DNA of 32,000 nucleotides from Candidatus Saccharimonadota bacterium (GTDB lineage Bacteria; Pseudomonadota; Gammaproteobacteria; Enterobacterales; Enterobacteriaceae): NCBI RefSeq assembly GCF_900128735.1, contig NZ_LT667503.1, positions 411,748 to 443,747 of the forward strand, read 5' to 3'. Shown piece by piece: positions 29,448 to 32,000 of this stretch (position 1 is its first letter; each line of letters starts with the position of its first letter). The notes under the pieces were generated by a model. It saw only the letters and a program-made list of their open reading frames with translations, ran no database searches and was not told where the DNA came from. The position numbers and the translations under genes were made by a program.

Positions 29448-29488
29448 AAAAAATTTAATTTTATCCCTTTTTTTGGAGCTATATATTT

Positions 29489-29830
29489 ATGCCTAATATT
29501 TTTTTTTATCCTCAAAAATTTATATTACCAAATGGATTATCTGTTCAAGCATCCCCTGGTCAATCTATTTTAGATATAGCTTTGGAAAATAACATCGCTA
29601 TGGAACATGCTTGCGAAAAATCGTGTGCTTGTTGTACTTGTCATTGTATTATTAGAAAAGGTTTTAGTTCTTTATCTGCATGTTCAGAAGAAGAAGAAGA
29701 TCTTTTAGACAAAGCTTGGGGATTAGAAAAACATAGTCGCCTTGGCTGTCAAGCTTGTGTTGGAAATAATGATATTGCAGTTGAAATACCCTTATATAGT
29801 GTACATCATATAAATGAAATGAAGACATGA
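29489..29830 (+). CDS. fdx: [2Fe-2S] ferredoxin Fdx (isc-type)
   Basis: 113 aa. It has the cluster cysteines in CEKSCACCTCHC plus a later SRLGCQ cysteine. A ggag SD lies upstream. It follows hscA as in the isc operon. Confidence 0.92.
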   Translation: MPNIFFYPQKFILPNGLSVQASPGQSILDIALENNIAMEHACEKSCACCTCHCIIRKGFSSLSACSEEEEDLLDKAWGLEKHSRLGCQACVGNNDIAVEIPLYSVHHINEMKT

Positions 29831-29842
29831 TTTAATCTGTAA

Positions 29843-31249
29843 TTATTTTTTTTTATCATAAGGATTATAACTATTTTTAAAAAATAATCGGATGGGTGTA
29901 CTAGGTATTTGCAATGTTTTTTGTAAAAAATTTATTAAATATTTTTTATAAGAAGGACTTAAAAACTGCGTTTTTGTACCATGAATAACAATAAGAAATG
30001 GATTTCTTCCTCCTAAATGAGCGTATTTTAAACGAATTGCTTTTCCTTTCACACCCATCGGAATAGGATGTTTTTTAATAGCTAAAGTTACTATTTTTGT
30101 TAAATAAGAAGCGGAAAAATTTTTCATCGATTGTAAATATATTAAATTCGAAACTTTAAAAAAATTTTCTAAACCTTTATTTAATAAAGAGGAAACAAAA
30201 AGGATTTTATAATTTTTAATAAAACTTAATCGTTGAAAAATATTTCTTTTAACTTCTTTATATCTTTTCTTTTCTATTAAATCCCATTTATTTACAATGA
30301 TATAAAAAGATTTACCTGTTTTATAAACCAAACTTAGGATATAAAGATCTTGCGAACAAATGGAACAAGATGCATCTAATACAATAATTGTAATGTGGCT
30401 TTTTTCAATTTCTTGCATTACTTTTAACATAGATAAATGTTCTAACAAATTATTTTTTTTTGTTTTTCTTCTTAAACCACCAGTATCTATTAAAGTATAA
30501 TTATTATTATAATGGTTACAAAAAGAATAAGATATACCACGAGTAGTATGTTCTTGATGATGTACAATCATACGATTGTCTTTCAAAATTCTATTAATCA
30601 AACTAGATTTTCCAACATTTGTTTTTCCTATAATACAAATTTTAATGTCTATGGAATCTTTTCTTTTTATTTTTTTTTTAAAAAAATCACTATTTTCTTT
30701 TTTTTCTAAGCTTTTATCTTGATCAGAAATCATAATTTTTTTATAAAATTTATAAAATTTTTTTAAAAAATACAAAATTCCTATACGATGCGAAATAGAA
30801 ATTTTATATATTTCATTAATTCCTAAATCATAAAAATCAATACAATTATTTATTTTCTTTAAAGCATCTATTTTATTAATTAACAAAAATATTTTTTTAT
30901 TTTCTAATCTTATTTTTCTTAAAATAAAATGCTCAGCATGTGTAATGCCCATTTTAATATCTACCATGAAAAAAATGAAATTTGCTTCCTTAATTGCTAA
31001 AATAGTTTGCGTATACATTTTAGAATATAAAAAGTTTTTTTGAGAACCTTTTGAGTCATATGAAATTGAAATTCCAGCTGTATCAATTAAAATAAATTTT
31101 TTTTTATTAATATAAAAATGATTACGATTTCTATCTCTAGTGGTTCCGGGTTTCGAATTTACTAAAGCAACATTAGACTTAGTTAACAGATTAAAAAAAC
31201 TAGATTTTCCAACATTTGTACGTCCTATTAAAGCAATAATTGGCGTCAT
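29843..31249 (-). CDS. der: Ribosome-associated GTPase Der (EngA)
   Basis: It has two tandem GTPase domains, with G1 motifs GRTNVGKSS and GKTNVGKSS and matching DTAG/DTGG and NKID/NKWD. I start it at ATG 31249 (MTPIIALIGRTNVGKS; E. coli MVPVVALVGRPNVGKS). Confidence 0.93.
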   Translation of the reverse strand: MTPIIALIGRTNVGKSSFFNLLTKSNVALVNSKPGTTRDRNRNHFYINKKKFILIDTAGISISYDSKGSQKNFLYSKMYTQTILAIKEANFIFFMVDIKMGITHAEHFILRKIRLENKKIFLLINKIDALKKINNCIDFYDLGINEIYKISISHRIGILYFLKKFYKFYKKIMISDQDKSLEKKENSDFFKKKIKRKDSIDIKICIIGKTNVGKSSLINRILKDNRMIVHHQEHTTRGISYSFCNHYNNNYTLIDTGGLRRKTKKNNLLEHLSMLKVMQEIEKSHITIIVLDASCSICSQDLYILSLVYKTGKSFYIIVNKWDLIEKKRYKEVKRNIFQRLSFIKNYKILFVSSLLNKGLENFFKVSNLIYLQSMKNFSASYLTKIVTLAIKKHPIPMGVKGKAIRLKYAHLGGRNPFLIVIHGTKTQFLSPSYKKYLINFLQKTLQIPSTPIRLFFKNSYNPYDKKK

Positions 31250-31309
31250 AAATATAGTTCTCATTAGGTATTTTTATTTGGTTGATTTTTTTAATAGTAT
31301 TTAAAGAAA

Positions 31310-31795
31310 TCAAGATACATAACTATATGTATTTAATATTTTTTTCCAAGTGATTTGATTGATAGAAGATTGCATTTTTTTTGCTAAAGAAATGTTATTA
31401 TTTTTAATATAAAGTATTGATATTCTTAATTTTATTAAATCTTTCAAATTATTATCTTTTATAAATTTTAAAATATTAAATAAAACATGTAATGCACAAT
31501 CATATTTTTTTTTTGAGTCATATAATTTAGCTAAATTTAAACCAGTGAAAACGCCGTATATATTTTTATTTTTTTGAAAAAATGATTTTACATACTTTGA
31601 AGAGTGAAATTTATTTTTTTTAATATCATTCAAAATATATAAAAAATCTGTTTTTATTTGGTTCTTTTGTCTATATATAAAAATTTTATAAACAGTAAGT
31701 GAAATTATTATCATCAATAAAATAGATAAAAAAAAATAAATAATATTTTTTTTTATATTCGATAAAAAAAAACTTTTTTTAATATTTTTATACAT
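31310..31795 (-). CDS. yfgM: YfgM-like membrane-anchored protein
   Basis: 161 aa. A single N-terminal TM helix (IIYFFLSILLMIIISLTVYKIFIY) is present. NKNIYGVFTGLNLAKLY resembles E. coli YfgM NKNTYGALASLELAQQF. It lies upstream of der, as in E. coli apart from the missing bamB. Confidence 0.6.
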   Translation of the reverse strand: MYKNIKKSFFLSNIKKNIIYFFLSILLMIIISLTVYKIFIYRQKNQIKTDFLYILNDIKKNKFHSSKYVKSFFQKNKNIYGVFTGLNLAKLYDSKKKYDCALHVLFNILKFIKDNNLKDLIKLRISILYIKNNNISLAKKMQSSINQITWKKILNTYSYVS

Positions 31796-32000
31796 ATTTT
31801 TTGGATCTTATAGTAAGAAAAAATTCAATTATTTACCTTTTTAAAAAAATGATTTAAATGATAAAAATTTTGATTGAGTTAGTAAAGAATTAATAATTTA
31901 ACATAATAAAAAAGAAAAACCAAATATTTTATGCAATTTTATATGACATAAAGTTTATGAAAGAGATTTTTAATAAGTTATTACACAAATTATACATAAC

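Noticed and set aside
1-32000. Promoter (-10/-35) calls, CRISPR arrays, IS elements and tandem repeats
   Set aside because: TATAAT-like and TTGxxx hexamers occur everywhere in this AT-rich sequence, so by-eye promoter calls would be noise. For example, TTGCTT 5331-5336 lies only 11 nt from the nearest usable TATAAT. I saw no spaced direct repeats, transposase or integrase ORFs, or terminal inverted repeats. The apparent repeats are homopolymer or low-complexity A/T runs.

Overview
The window is extremely AT-rich (by eye about four-fifths A+T), gene-dense, and has no mobile elements, CRISPR arrays or prophage signals. Gene content and order fit a reduced gammaproteobacterial insect endosymbiont, most like Buchnera aphidicola. 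The order is dnaB-yqgF-trmB-mutY-yggX, sbcB, tRNA-Asn/Ile2, dut-like, rplI-rpsR-rpsF, miaA, orn-tRNA-Gly, rpmE, hslVU-zapB-fpr, dapF, tRNA Arg-His-Pro, rho-trxA-rep-ilvC-ilvD, tRNA-Trp, iscS-iscU-hscB-hscA-fdx, der-yfgM. I support 31 protein genes, 7 tRNAs, 1 probable gene remnant (cyaY) and 3 intergenic hairpins. Several E. coli operon partners are absent: priB, hfq, mutL, leuT, iscR, iscA and iscX. Three observations stand out. (1) Five otherwise intact genes (mutY, sbcB, orn, dapF, hscA) are disrupted exactly at A/T homopolymers of 9-11 nt, and each is repaired by adding one nucleotide. This is either poly(A)-slippage-dependent expression or homopolymer under-calling in the assembly. (2) A 418-aa orphan ORF sits between fpr and dapF. 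It has no family I can recognise, a disordered basic N-terminus and repeated [YF]SLP / PPxY-like motifs. (3) A full-length dUTPase homologue has lost its catalytic motifs. All calls come from reading and hand-translating the sequence; no database search was run.
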